From Anaeramoeba ignava BMAN (taxonomy: Eukaryota > Protista > Anaeramoebae), in the NCBI GenBank assembly GCA_028826165.1, contig JAPDFW010000070.1:992001-1056000 (forward strand): 64,000 nucleotides of DNA. Direction: 5' to 3'. This document shows positions 1 to 14,551 of this stretch, piece after piece (the first letter of the stretch is position 1; each line of letters starts with the position of its first letter). Below the pieces are notes generated by a model. It saw only the letters and a list, made by a program, of their open reading frames with translations. It was not told where the DNA came from and did no database searches. The translations under genes and the position numbers were made by a program.

Positions 1-3000
1 GAGTTAAAATCATTTGAGGAAATAACTCAACAATTTAAAAATGAATTCGAAAAAAAAAGAGAAGAAAAATTTGAAGAATTTAAACAATTTATTCAAAAAT
101 CTAAAAATGAATTCGAATATCCATATTTTGAACAAATTGAAAAGAAAATTCAAGAAATGGAAATTAAAAATGAAAATTTAAATGAAATTGAAAAATTAAT
201 TCAAGAATTTAAAATTGAAATTGAAAAAGCAAAAAATGAATTTTATTTACAAATTGATCAAAAAATGAAAAATATTCAAAATGAAATTGAAAATCAAAAA
301 TTAAAAATAGAAATTCTTCAATCATCAAAAAAAACAAAAAAATTTTTACAAGAACTTTCAAATAAAATTCAACAACAAAATGAAAGTAAATTAAAAAAAA
401 GGAAATTAAATTAATTTAAATTGAATATTTTTACCATTTTATTGAATTTATATTTGATTTCTGAAAAAAAAAGGAAAAACAAAAGAATTAATTGAAATTG
501 ATATTTCTTTTATTATTGAATGTATGAAAAAGTTTAATAGTCATCAACACATTCAAAAAAATGGATGTTTTATTTTACAACAATTTGCAAAAGAAAATGA
601 AGGTAAACGAATCAAATGAAAAAAAATGAATTGAAAATTGGATAAATTATTTATTATTAATTATTAATCAAAAATCAATCCAATTTATTTCAATTTTAAT
701 TTTAATTTTAATTGTAATTTATTTTCCAAAAAAATAAAATAAATAGAAAACCAAATTGAAATTAAGAAATTAAAAGGAATTGAACCTATTATTAATGCAA
801 TGATTAATTTCCCAATTAATGAAGAAATTCAACAATTTGGATGTAGAGCTTTAGGGAATATTGCTGATAATAATAATAAAAGTAAATGAAAATAAATGAA
901 AAATAAAATAATAAAAATCAAAATAAATTGAAAAAATAGATTTCATTAATTATTTTTCATCAATCATTATTCAAAAATAACCAATTTATTTCAATTTTGA
1001 TTTTGAATTTATTTGTAATTTATTTCCCAAAATAAATAAAATAAAAAATAGAAAACCAAAATGAAATTAGGAAATTAAAAGGAATTGAATCTATTATTAA
1101 TGCAATGAATAAATTTCCAAATAATGAAGAAATTCAACATTTTGGATGTGGAGCTTTAGGGAATATTGCTGATAATAATAATAAAGGTAAATGAAAATAA
1201 ATGAAAAATAAAATAATAAAAATCAAAATAAATTGAAAAAATAGATTTCATTAATTATTTTTCATCAATCATTATTCAAAAATAACCAATTTATTTCAAT
1301 TTTAATTTTCATTTTAATTGTAATTTATTTTCCAAAAAAATAAAATAAATAGAAAACCAAATTGAAATTAAGAAATTAAAAGGAATTGAGCCTATTATTA
1401 AAGCAATGATTAATTTCCCAGATAATCAAGAAATTCAACAATTTGGATGTGGAGCTTTAGGGATCATTGCTAATAGTAAAGGTAAATAAAAATTAAAAAA
1501 TAAATTAATCAAAATATTATTTTAATCCATTATTTATTATTAATCATTAATCAAAAATTAATTAATAAATTTATTTTCCAAAAAAAAATAAAATAAATAG
1601 AAAACCAAAATGAATTTAGAAATTTAAAAGGAATTGAACCTATTATTAATGCAATGATTAATTTCCCAAATAATCAAGATATTCAATTTAATGGATGTAG
1701 AGTTTTAGGCTTTATTTCTATTCAAAATCAAGGTAAGTGAAAATAAATGAAAAGCAAAATAATAAAAATCAAAATAAATTGAAAAAATAGATTTCATTAA
1801 TTATTTTTCATCAATCATTATTCAAAAATAACCAATTTATTTCAATTTTGATTTTGAATTTATTTGTAATTTATTTCCCAAAAAAATAAATTAAATAGAA
1901 AACAAAATTGAAATTAGAAATTTAAAAGGAATTGAACCTATTATTAAAGCAATGAATAATTTTCCAAATAATCAAGATATTCAAAAATTTGGATGTGGAG
2001 CTTTTTTGAATATTTCTGATGAAAATAAGGGTAAGTGAAAATAAATGAAAAGCAAAATAATAAAAATCAAAATAAATTGAAAAAATAGATTTCATTAATT
2101 ATTTTTCATCAATCATTATTCAAAAATAACCAATTTATTTCAATTTTGATTTTGAATTTATTTGTAATTTATTTCCCAAAATAAATAAAATAAAAAATAG
2201 AAAACCGAATTGAAATTAAGAATTTAAAAGGAATTGAGCCTATTATTAATGCAATGAATAATTTTCCAAATAATCAAGAAATTCAACATTTTGGATGTGG
2301 AGCTTTAGGGATCATTGCTAATAATAAAGGTAAATAAAAATTAAAAAAATAAATTAATCAAAATATTATTTTAATCCATTATTTATTATTAATCATTAAT
2401 CAAAAATTAATTAATAAATTCATTTCTCTAAAAAAAATTAAATAAATAGAAAACAAAATTGAAATTAGGAAATTAAAAGGAATTGAACCTATTATTAAAG
2501 CAATGAATAATTTTCCAAATAATGAAGATATTCAACAATATGGATGTTTGGCTTTAAGCCTTATTTCTATTCAAAATCAAAGTAAGTGAAAATAAATGAA
2601 AAGCAAAATAATAAAAATCAAAATAAATTGAAAAAATAGATTTCATTAATTATTTTTCATCAATCATTATTCAAAAATAATCAATTTATTTCAATTTTGA
2701 TTTTGAATTTATTTGTAATTTATTTCCCAAAAAAAATAAAATAAATAGAAAACCAAAATGAAATTAAGAATTTAAAAGGAATTGAACCTATTATTAAAGC
2801 AATGAATAATTTTCCAAATAATCAAGAAATTCAACAATTTGGATGTGGAGCTTTAGGGATCATTGCTAATAATAAAGGTAAATAAAAATTAAAAAAATAA
2901 ATTAATCAAAATATTATTTTAATCCATTATTTATTATTAATCATTAATCAAAAATTAATTAATAAATTCATTTCTCTAAAAAAAATATCAAAAAATAGAA

Positions 3001-3126
3001 AACCAAATTGAAATTAAGAATTTAAAAGGAATTGAGCCTATTATTAAAGCAATGATTAATTTCTCAGATAATCAAATTATTCAACAATATGGAAAATTGA
3101 CTTTAGAAAAATTACAAAACAATTAA
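1..3126 (+). CDS. Armadillo-repeat protein (5' partial): coiled-coil exon followed by ~10 one-repeat-per-exon ARM units
   Basis: Exons <1-385, 474-602, 747-881, 1052-1186, 1353-1481, 1601-1732, 1899-2030, 2201-2329, 2450-2581, 2749-2877 and 2999-3126 (TAA). All are bounded by GT/AG in phase 1. Repeat consensus ENQIEIxxLKGIEPIIxAMxNFPNNQEIQQFGCGALGNIA is a ~43-aa ARM-like unit. Confidence 0.8.
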
Positions 3127-3263
3127 ATCAATTTTCATTTTAATTTTCATTTTGATTTCTTTTCATTTTGATTTCTTTCACCAACGAAACAAAATCAAAT
3201 TTTTTTCCTTTGGAATTTTCTTTTCAAATATTTTCCTAAAATCAATCAATCAATCAATCAATT

Positions 3264-3310
<47 letters not shown>

Positions 3311-3510
3311 CAATCAATCAATTAATTAATCAATCTTAAAATAAATCTTAAAATCAATCAATCTTAAAATAAATCTTAAAATCAATTAATTAATAAAGAA
3401 AATTCCCAAAATTATTTTAATTTTAATTTTAAATAGTGTTTCAATTTTATTTCAAAAATTAAAAAAAAAAGAGTTGATTATTGATTAAATGATTTATTAA
3501 ATAAATGAAT

Positions 3511-4709
3511 TCAAAAACGATCATCAGTATCAGCATCTTCAAATTCATCAAATTTTTCAGAGATTTCCAAAACATTAGGATTTTCCAAAAGAGTGATTTT
3601 TAATTCTTCATATTTTTTTTTCTTCAATTTTAATTTGAGAAAACTTCTAACATTTTTATCACCAAAAACAAAGAAAACAGAATCCCATAAACCAAGCATT
3701 GGAGTAAATATTGCCTGAATAACATCAAGAAATAAATTATCTTTAACATCTGGATTAGCCATTTGTCTTGCTCTTTTGATTGAAGTCCAAAGTTCTGTAA
3801 AAACATATATCCATCCTAATGCAAATATTTTATATTGGAATGTTTTTGAATATTTCCGATTTTTTCTTAATTTCAAAAAAATGATTAAATAGAGAATTAA
3901 AGTTCCAATTAAGGAAACCCAAGTTATAATATAAATAACAGGTTCAATTTCAGGTTTTGTTGTCCAACACCTTTTATCAAGCAATTTTAAATTGATTTAG
4001 ATTTTGATTTTGATTTTAATTTATTTTAATTTTGATTTTGATTTTAATTTTGATTTTAATTTTGAATTTAATTTTGATTTTGATTTTAATTTTGATTTTG
4101 ATTTTGAATTTGATTTTGATTTTGATTTTGATTTTGATTTTGAATTTGATTTTAATTTTAATTTTGATTTTGATTTTGATTTTGATTTTGATTTAGATTT
4201 TAATTTTAATTTTAATTCAAATTTTTATTTTGATTTTGATTTTGATTTTGATTTTGATTTATATTTTGATTTTGATTTTTAAATATATACCAATGAGAAA
4301 AGCCTGGACCAATTTTACCATAAAAAACAAAAATAATTGAAGCAATTAAACAAATTACAACAACAGAAAAGACACCAAAAATAAAAAAAGTAGTAGATTG
4401 ATCAACATTCTTATCATGACAAAATTTCAAATAAAAAACCAAAGAAACCAAAAAAATAAAAGAACAAGAAGCAGCAAAACTGAAACTCAATAAGAAACCT
4501 TGAACTTCACAGAATCTATCAGAAGAAGGACCTGGAAGAATAGCAGAAAATCCTAATAAAAAATCACAACTTGCTAAAACTAAAATGTATTTTCTTGCTG
4601 GATCTCTTATTTCTTTTATAAATGAATAAACTAGTATAAAAATTAATGAACCAACCATTCCTATTGTTGAACCAATAATACAAGGAATTGATTCTTTATT
4701 GTGAATCAT
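3511..4709 (-). CDS. 7TM GPCR, cAMP-receptor-like (CAR/GCR1/GPR157-like), copy 1
   Basis: Exons 4709-4291 and 3970-3511. A phase-2 intron splits the W of HW|CW. Seven hydrophobic segments are visible, with TM2 D, TM3 'C..QG', WCW and TM7 GLWDSVFF. Confidence 0.85.
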
Positions 4710-4809
4710 ATTAATTTCTTTTTTGAAAAGGGAAAAATTAATTGAAAAAAAAAATGAAACCAAAAAAAAGTAAAAAATTTTTTTCCTTTTTTCTCACTTT
4801 TTTTTATAA

Positions 4810-6185
4810 AATCTAATTAAATCAAAATTAAATCCAAATTAAATTAAATCCAAATTAAATATAAATTAAATCTAAATTAAATATAAATTAAATTAAATCT
4901 AAACTAAATTCAAATTAAATCTAAATTAAATCTAAATTAAATCCAAATTAAATTAAATTAAATTAAATCCAAATTAAATCCAAATTAAATTAAATCAAAA
5001 TTAAATCTAAATTAAATTAAAATTAAATTAAATTAAATCCAAATTAAATATAAATTAAATCCAAATTAAATCTAAATTAAATCCAAATTAAATCCAAATT
5101 AAATTAAATCAAATTAAATCAAAATTAAATCTAAATTAAATCTAAATTAAATCAAATTCAAATTAAATCTAAATTAAATCTAAATTAAATCCAAATTAAA
5201 TTAAATTAAAATTAAATCAAATCCAAATTAAATCTAAATTAAATCCAAATCAAATCCAAATTAAATTAAATTAAATCCAAATAAAATCTAAATTAAATAA
5301 AATCAAATTAAATCTAAATTAAATCTAAATAAATTAAATTAAATCCAAATAAAATTAAATCTAAATTAAATCTAAATTAAATCTAAATCTAAATTAAATT
5401 AAATCTAAATTAAATTAAATCTAAATTAAATTAAATCAAATCTAAATTAAATCTAAATTAAATCTAAATTAAATCAAATCTAAATTAAATCTAAATTCAA
5501 TTCAATCCAAATTAAATTAAATCTAAATTAAATCAAAATTAAATCTAAATTAAATCTAAATTAAATCCAAATTAAATCTAAATTAAATTAAATCCAAATT
5601 AAATCTAATTAAATCAAATCTAAATTAAATCTAAATTAAATTAAAATAAATCTAAATTAAATTAAATATAAACTAAAATTAAATCCAAATTAAATATAAA
5701 TTAAATCTAAATTAAATCCAAATTAAATCCAAATTAAATCCAAATTAAATCCAAAATAAATCTAATTAAATCTAAATTAAATCTAAATTAAATCCAAATT
5801 AAATCTAAATTAAATTAAATCCAAATTAAATCTAAATTAAATTAAATCCAAATTAGATTCAAATTAAATTAAATTAAATTCAAATTAAATTAAATCCAAA
5901 TTAAATCTAAATTAAATCTAAATTAAATCTAAATTAAATCCAAATTAAATTAAATTAAATTAAAATCAAATTAAATTAAATCTAAATTAAATCTAAATTA
6001 AATTAAATCAAAATTAAATCCAAATCAAATTAAATCAAATTAAATCCAAATTAAATTAAATCCAAATTAAATCCAAATAAAATCTAAATAAATTAAATTA
6101 AATTAAATTAAATTAAAATCAAATTAAATTAAATCTAAATCCAAATTAAATTAAATCTAAATTAAATCTAAATTAAATCAAATAA
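4810..6185. repeat. Degenerate TAAAT/TCTAAAT/TCCAAAT simple-repeat tract (intergenic)
   Basis: Directly visible ~1.4-kb tract. Confidence 0.9.
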
Positions 6186-6263
6186 AAAGTGGAACAAAAA
6201 ATAATTTTTTTTTTATTTAATTTATTAAAATTATTTCAAAATTAAACAAATATTTTATTATAT

Positions 6264-7590
6264 TTAATAAAAATCATCAGAATCATTAGTATCAGAAGTA
6301 TCCAAAGCTTGAAGTTGATTATCACCATTAGCAGAAAAAATTTCATAACCAGTTAAATTATTACTTGAAAATTTAGGATATTTTGAAAATCTATTTTTAA
6401 TAGAATTTCTAACATTTTTATCAAAAAAAACAAAGAAAACAGAATCCCATAAACCAAGCATTGGAAGGAATAAAGCTTGTGTAAAATCTAATACTGAACT
6501 ATCTGAGGCATTCTCATTTGCAAGTTGTCTTGCTCTTTTGATTGAAGTCCAAAGTTCTGTAAAAACATATATCCATCCTAATGCAAACATTTTATATTGA
6601 AATGATTTGGAAATTCTTGTATTTCCTCTTAATTGAAAAAAAAATAATGAATATAATATTAAAGTTCCTAATAAAGTAACCCAAACAATAGAATATACTA
6701 TTGCTTCTATTTTATGTTTTGTAACCCAACACCTTTAAATTTTCAAATTTTTAAATTGATTTTGATTTTAATTTTGATTTTGATTTTGATTTTGATTTTG
6801 ATTTTGATTTAGATTTTAATTTTAATTTTAATTCAAATTTTTATTTTGATTTTGATTTTGATTTTGGTTTAGATTTTGATTTTAATTTTTAAATTGATTT
6901 TTATTTTGATTTTGATTTTGATTTTGATTTTAATTTGATTTTAATTTTGATTTTGATTTTGATTTAGATTTTAATTTTTAAATTGATTTTTATTTTGATT
7001 TTGATTTTGATTTTGATTTTAATTTTTAATTTTGAATTTAATTTTGATTCAAATTTTTAAATTGATTTGAATTTTTAAATTGATTTGAATTTTTAAATTG
7101 ATTTGAATTTTTAAATTGATTTGAATTTTTAAATTGATTTGAATTTTTAAATTGATTTGAATTTTTAATACCAATGAGTATCCTTTGAGGCAATAGGACT
7201 GAAAGAAATAGTAATTATTGAAACAATTAAAGCAACAATAATAATTAAAACAAAACCCCAAATAAAAAAAATAGGGGATTGATCAACATTCTTATCATGA
7301 CAAAATTTCAAATAAAAAACCAAAGAAGCCAAAAAAATAAAAGAACAAGAAGCAATAAAAAGAAAACTCATAAAAAAAGCTTGAGTATGACATAATCCAG
7401 TTGAAGAAGGACCTGGAAGAATAGCAAAAAATCCAAGTAAAAAATCACAAATTGATAAAATAATAATGTATTTTCTTGCGGAATCTCTGATTTCTTTTAG
7501 AAATAAATAAACTAGTATAAAAATTAATGAACCAGCCATTCCTATTGTTGAACCAATTATACAAGGAATTGATTCTTTATTGTGAATCAT
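6264..7590 (-). CDS. 7TM GPCR, cAMP-receptor-like, copy 2
   Basis: Exons 7590-7172 and 6732-6264. Same intron position, frame intact. Confidence 0.85.
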
Positions 7591-7764
7591 ATTAACCATT
7601 TTTTTTATAAAGAATTTTTTTGATCAAAAAAAAAAATGAAAAAAAATTTTTTGAATTAAAATTTTTTTTTTTTAAAATTTAATCAAAAAGAAAAAATAAA
7701 ATCCAAAAAAAAAAAAAATTGGAACAAATTTTGAACTGACAAAAAAAAATAATTTCTTTCAAAA

Positions 7765-8715
7765 TCAAAAATCAAAATCGCTTTCATTTTCATTTTGAAT
7801 TGAAAATTCCATATTTCTTTCATTTTCCTTCAAACCAATTTTTAATTCATCATATTTTCTTTTTTTAAGTTTTGCTTTAATAAAACTTCTGACAGTTTTA
7901 TCACCAAAAACAAAAAAAACGGAATCCCATAAACCAAGCATTGGACCAATGAAAGCTTGAGAGAGATCCAAAAATTCATTATCTTTAGCATCTGGATTAA
8001 TCATTTGTCTTATTCTTTTGATTGATGTCCAAATTTCTGTTAAAGTATAAACCCAACCTAATGCAAACATTTTGTATTGAAATGCTTTTGAAAAATTTGG
8101 ATTTTTTCGAATTTTGAAAAATATTATTGTGTATAAAGTTAAAGCTCCTAATAAAGAGAACCAAACAATTATGTAAATAACAGGTTCGAATTGAGATTTT
8201 GTAATCCAGCACCTTTTAATTGAATTTTTAATTTTGATTTTTAAAAAAAAGTGGAACAAAAAAAATAATCTAAATTATAATCTAAAATTTAATTACCAAT
8301 GAGCATCTCCAGAACCAACTTTACCAAAAATAACAAAAATAGATGCAGCAATTAAACAAATAATAAAAATAATAATATTTCCAATAATAAAAAATTTTTT
8401 TGATTCATCAACATTTTTTCCATAACAAATTTTCAAATAAAAAACTAAAGAAATCAAGAAAATAAAAGAACAAGAAGCTCCAAAAGTAAAACTATAGAAA
8501 AAACCTTGAATCTGACATAAATCATATGAAATTGGACCTGGAATAATTGCAAAAATCCCAAAAAAGAAATCATAAATTGCTAAATTAAATATAAATTTTC
8601 TTGCTGGATCTCTTATTTCTTTTATAAATGAATAAACTATTATAAAAAGTAATGAACCTGTCATTCCAAGTGTTGAACCAATTATTGTTGGAATTGATTC
8701 TTTATTGTGAATCAT
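7765..8715 (-). CDS. 7TM GPCR, cAMP-receptor-like, copy 3
   Basis: Exons 8715-8297 and 8212-7765, with an 84-bp intron. Confidence 0.85.
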
Positions 8716-8864
8716 TTTAAAAAAAAATAAAAAAATGAAAAATTGTTTTCCAAAAAGAAAAATTTTTTCTTTTTTATTTTTTAACATTAAAAAAACATTT
8801 TCATTTTTAAACTAAATTTAACTAAATAATTCAAATAAAAAATTTGAGAAAAAGTGGAACAAAA

Positions 8865-10093
8865 TTTGAATTTGAATTTGATTTTGATTTTGAATTTGAA
8901 TTTGAATTTGAATTTGAATTTGAATTTCAATTTGAATTTAGAATTTGATTTTGAATTTTGATTTGAATTTAATTTTGAATTTGAATTTGAATTTTAATTT
9001 GATTTTGAATTTGAATTTTAATTTTGATTTTGAATTTGAATTTTGAATTTAATTTTAATTTTGATTTTGAATTTGAATTTGAATTTGAATTTGAATTTTA
9101 ATTTTGATTTTGAATTTGAATTTGAATTTGAATTTGAATTTTGATTTTGATTTTAATTTCAATTTTAATTTGAATTTGAATTTGAATTTGAATTTGAATT
9201 TTGATTTTAATTTGAATTTGAATTTGATTTTAATTTTGATTTTGATTTTAATTTCAATTTTAATTTTGAATTTTGATTTTGATTTTGATTTGAATTTTGA
9301 TTTTGATTTAAATTTTAATTTGAATTTTAAATTAATTTGAATTTAAATTTGAATTTGAATTTGAATTTGAATTTTAATTTTGATTTTGATTTTGATTTTG
9401 ATTTTAATTTTGATTTTGATTTATATTTTGATTTTGATTTTGATTTTGAATTTGAATTTGAATTTGAATTTGAATTGAATTTAATTTTGAATTTGAATTG
9501 AATTTTGATTTTGATTTTGATTTTGATTTGAATTTCAATTTGAATTTGATTTAAATTTGAATTTTGAATTGAATTTGAATTTGAATTTGATTTTGAATTT
9601 TAATTTTAATTTGATTTTGATTTTGAATTTAAATTTGAATTTGATTTTGATTTGAATTTGATTTTAATTTTGATTTTGAATTTGAATTTGATTTTGATTT
9701 TAATTTTAATTTTGATTTTTAATTTTGATTTTGAATTTGAATTTGAATTTGAATTTGAATTTTGAATTTCATTTTAATTTAAATTTGATTTTGAATTTGA
9801 ATTTGAATTTGAATTTTGAATTTGAATTTGAATTTTAATTTGATTTTGATTTTGATTTTGATTTTGATTTTGAATTTTAATTTTAATTTTAATTTTGATT
9901 TTGATTTTGATTTTGAATTTGAATTTGAATTTGATTTTGATTTTGATTTTGATTTTAATTTTGATTTTGATTTTAATTTTGAATTTGATTTTGATTTTAA
10001 TTTTGAATTTCAATTTGAATTTTAACTTGAATTTGAAATTGATTTTGATTTTGATTTTGATTTTGATTTTGATTTTGATTTTGAATTTTGATT
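8865..10093. repeat. Degenerate TTTGAA/TTTTGA hexamer tract (intergenic)
   Basis: Directly visible. Confidence 0.9.
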
Positions 10094-12040
10094 TTAATTA
10101 TCATTTTCATTTTCATTTTCATTTTCATTTTCATTTTCATTTTGAATTGAAAATTCAATATTTCTTTCATTTTCCTTCAATCCAACTTTTAATTCATCAT
10201 ATTTTCTTTTTTTAAATTTTGTTTTAATAAAACTTCTGACTCTTTTATCAAGAAGAACAAAAAAAACAGAATCCCATAAACCAAGCATTGGGCCAAATAA
10301 AGCTTGCATAATATCTAGAAAAATACTATCTCCAACATTTGGATTAGCTATTTGTCTTATTCTTTTGATTGATGTCCAAATATGAGTAAAAACATAAACC
10401 CATCCAAGAATAAACATTTTATATTGAAATGCTCTTGGATATTTTGGATTTTTTCGAATTTTGAAAAATATTATTATGTATAAAACTAAAGCTGCTAATA
10501 AAGTAATCCAAACAATTGCATAAATAACTGGTTCAAATTCAGGTTTTGTAATCCAACACCTTTAATTAAGCAATATTTATATTTATATTTATATTTATAT
10601 TTTGAATTTGATTTTGAATTTGAATTTAAATTTAATTGTATTTGAATTGAATTGAATTGAATTGAATTGAATTGAATTGAATTGAATTGATTTTGAATTT
10701 GAATTGAATTAAATTGAATTGAATTGAATTAAATTAAATATTAAATTAAATTAAATTTGAATTTGAATTAAATTTGAATTAAATTTGAATTAAATTGAAT
10801 TGAATTGAATTGAATTGAATTTGAATTGAATTAAATTGAATTGAATTGAATTAAATTTGAATTAAATTAAATTAAATTTGAATTAAATTGAATTTGAATT
10901 TGAATTGAATTGAAATTGAAATTAAATTTGAATTTGAATTTGAATTAAATTTGAATTGAATTGAATTGAATTGAATTTGAATTTGATTTGAATTGAATTG
11001 AAATTAAATTAAATTGAATTGAAATTGAATTTGGAATTGAATTGAATTGAAATTGAATTGAATTGATTTGAATGAAATTAAATTTTGAATTTAAATTGAA
11101 TTGAGTTGATTTTGATTTGAATTAAATTTGAATTGAATTTGAATTGATTTTGAATTTGAATTGAATTAAATTGAATTGAATTGAATTAAATTTGAATTAA
11201 ATTAAATTAAATTTGAATTAAATTGAATTGAATTGAATTTGAATTTGAATTGAATTGAATTGAATTTGAATTGAATTAAATTGAATTAAATTGAATTGAA
11301 TTGAATTTAAATTGAATTGAATTGAATTGAATTTGAATTAATTTGAATTGAATTGAATTTGAATTAAATTTATTTTTAAATTGAATTGAATTTGAATTGA
11401 ATTTGATTTGAATTTGAATTTGAATTTGAATTAAATTGAATTGAATTTGAATTAAATTGAATTTGAATTGATTTTGAATTTGAATTGAATTGAATTGAAT
11501 TGAATTGAATTGAATTGAATTTGAATTGAATTTGATTTGAATTAAATTGAATTTAAATTAATTTGAATTGAATTAAATTTGAATTGAATTTGAATTTGAA
11601 TTTAATTGAATTGAATTTTACCAATGAGCACTTCCAGCCTTAATTTTAGCAAAAGAAAGAAGAATAATTGCAGCAATTAAACAAATAAAAAAAACAATAA
11701 TATTTCCAATAATAAAAAATTTTTTTGATTCATCAACATTTTTTCCATAACAAATTTTCAAATAAAAAACTAAAGAAATCAAGAAAATAAAACAACAAGC
11801 AGCAGGAAAAATAAGAGCAATCATAAAGCCTTGAAATTTACAGAAATCACTTGAAACATGACCAGGAATAAATGCAAAAAATGCTAAAAAAAAATCATAA
11901 ATTGCTAAAGTAAATATAAATTTTCTTGCTGAATCTCTTATTTCTTTTATAAATGAATAAACTAATATAAAAAGTAATGAACCAAGCATTCCAAATAATG
12001 AACCAATAATACAAGGAATTGATTCTTTATTATAAATCAT
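10094..12040 (-). CDS. 7TM GPCR, cAMP-receptor-like, copy 4
   Basis: Exons 12040-11622 and 10559-10094. Confidence 0.85.
10575..11618. repeat. GAATT pentamer tract inside the GPCR copy 4 intron
   Basis: Directly visible. Confidence 0.9.
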
Positions 12041-12332
12041 TTTAAAGAAAAAAATGAAAAAAATGAAAAAAAATGAAAAATGAAAAATTTAATTGAAAAA
12101 TTTTAATTGAAAAAAAAAAGTGGAACAAAAAAGTGAATTTGGGATTTATTTTCTTTTTTTGTTAAAAAATAAGAAAAAGAAAAAGAAAAAGAACTTTTTG
12201 GGAAACTAAAAAGGAAAGTTAAAACAAAACAAAAGCAACTTGTTTTAATAAAAATGATTTTTTTTTCTTTTTTTTCTTTTTTTTCTTTTTGGAAGAAAAA
12301 AAGGAAAACTAAATAAAGTTTTTTTTTTTAAT

Positions 12333-14406
12333 TTAATTAATATCATCATCATCATCAGAAAATTCAACAATATTTGGACTTTTCAAAATGTTAAATTTAA
12401 TCTCTTCATAAGTTCTTTTTTTAAATCGCATTTTGAGAAGTCTTCTTACAATTCTATCACCAAAAACAAAGAAAACAGAATCCCATAAACCAAGCATTGG
12501 TGCAAATAAAGCTTGAGTAACATCAAGAAATAAATTATCTTGAACTTTTGGATCAAATAATTGTCTTCCTCTTTTGATTGATGCCCATATTTCTGTGAAT
12601 AAATATATCCAACCTAATGCAAACATTTTGTAATGGAATGTTTTTGATATGTTTGGATTTAGGTTTCTTTTTAATTTGATAAACATTATAGAATATAGAA
12701 TTAATGTTCCTAATAATCCAACCCAAGCTATACAATATATTAAAGCTTCAAATTTTGGTTTTGTTGTCCAGCACCTTGATTTATATTTATATTTATATTT
12801 ATATTTATATTTATATTTTGATTTTGATTTTGATTTTAATTTTGATTTTGATTTTGATTTAGATTTAGATTTAGATTTTGATTTTGATTTTGATTTTGAT
12901 TTTGATTTTGATTTTGATTTTGATTTTGATTTTGATTTTGATTTTGAATTTTGAATTTTTGATTTTGATTTTGATTTTGATTTTGATTTTGATTTTGATT
13001 TTGATTTTGATTTTGATTTTGATTTTGATTTTGATTTTGATTTAGATTTTGATTTTGATTTTGATTTTGATTTTGATTTTGATTTTGATTTTGATTTTGA
13101 TTTTGATTTTGATTTTGATTTAGATTTTGATTTAGATTTGATTTTGATTTTGATTTTGATTTTGATTTTGATTTTGATTTTGATTTTGATTTTGATTTTG
13201 ATTTTGATTTTGATTTTGATTTTGATTTTGATTTTGATTTTATTTTTTTTAATTTTAATTTTAATTTTTTAATTTTTGAATTTTGATTTAATTTGGATTT
13301 TGATTTTGATTTTGATTTTGATTTTTTTATATTTATATTTTGATTTTGATTTTGATTTTTGATTTTGATTTTGATTTTTTTATATTTTATATTTATATTT
13401 ATATTTATATTTATATTTATATATTTATATTTTTATATTTATATTTATATTTAGATTTATATTTAGATTTATATTTATATTTATATTTATATTTATATTT
13501 ATATTTATATTTATATTTATATTTATATTTATATTTATATTTATATTTATATTTGTATTTATATTTATATTTAGATTTAAATTTAAATTTATATTTATAT
13601 TTATATTTAGATTTTGATTTTGATTTAGATTTAGATTTAGATTTAGATTTAGATTTAGATTTAGATTTAGATTTTGAATTTATATTTTGATTTTGATTTT
13701 TGATTTTGATTTATATTTATATTTAGATTTTGATTTTGATTTAGATTTAGATTTAGATTTAAATTTAGATTTAAATTTATATTTAGATTTAGATTTAGAT
13801 TTAGATTTAGATTTAGATTTTAATTTAGATTTTGATTTTGATTTTGATTTTGATTTTGATTTAGATTTAGATTTAGATTTATATTTAGATTTAGATTTTG
13901 ATTTTGATTTTGATTTTGATTTAGATTTAGATTTAAATTTAAATTTATTATATTTTGATTTATATTTATATTTAGATTTTTTAATACCAATGAGAATTCC
14001 CTGGTTCAACTTTGCCAAAATGAGTAAAAATTATTGAATTGTTCAAACAAATAACAATAATGATAATAACACCAAAAACAAAAAAACTTTTTGATTCATC
14101 GAAGTTTTTTCCATGACAAATTTTCAAATAAAAAACCAAAGAAGTTAAAAAAATTAAAGAACAAGAAGTAGCAAAAGTAAAAGCAATCATAAAAGCTTGA
14201 AACTGACATAATTTATAGTTAGAAGGACCAGGAAGAATAGTAGAAAATGCAAATAAAAAATCACAAATTGCTAAAGTAAATATAAATTTTCTCGATGAAT
14301 CTCTTATTTCTTTTATAAATGAATAAACTAATATAAAAATTAATGAACCAAGCATTCCTATTGTTGAACCAATTATGCAAGGAATTGATTCTTTATTATG
14401 AATCAT
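12333..14406 (-). CDS. 7TM GPCR, cAMP-receptor-like, copy 5
   Basis: Exons 14406-13988 and 12774-12333. Confidence 0.85.
12780..13980. repeat. TTTTGA/TTTATA/TTTAGA hexamer tract inside the GPCR copy 5 intron
   Basis: Directly visible. Confidence 0.9.
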
Positions 14407-14551
14407 TTTAAAAAATGAATTGAAAAATGAATTGAAAATAAAAGGAAAAAATGATAATTTAATTTAATTTTTTTTTTTTCATTTTAATTTTCCAAAAAGA
14501 AAAATCTTAAATAAAATTAAAATTAAAATAAAATTAAAACAAATTTTTCTT

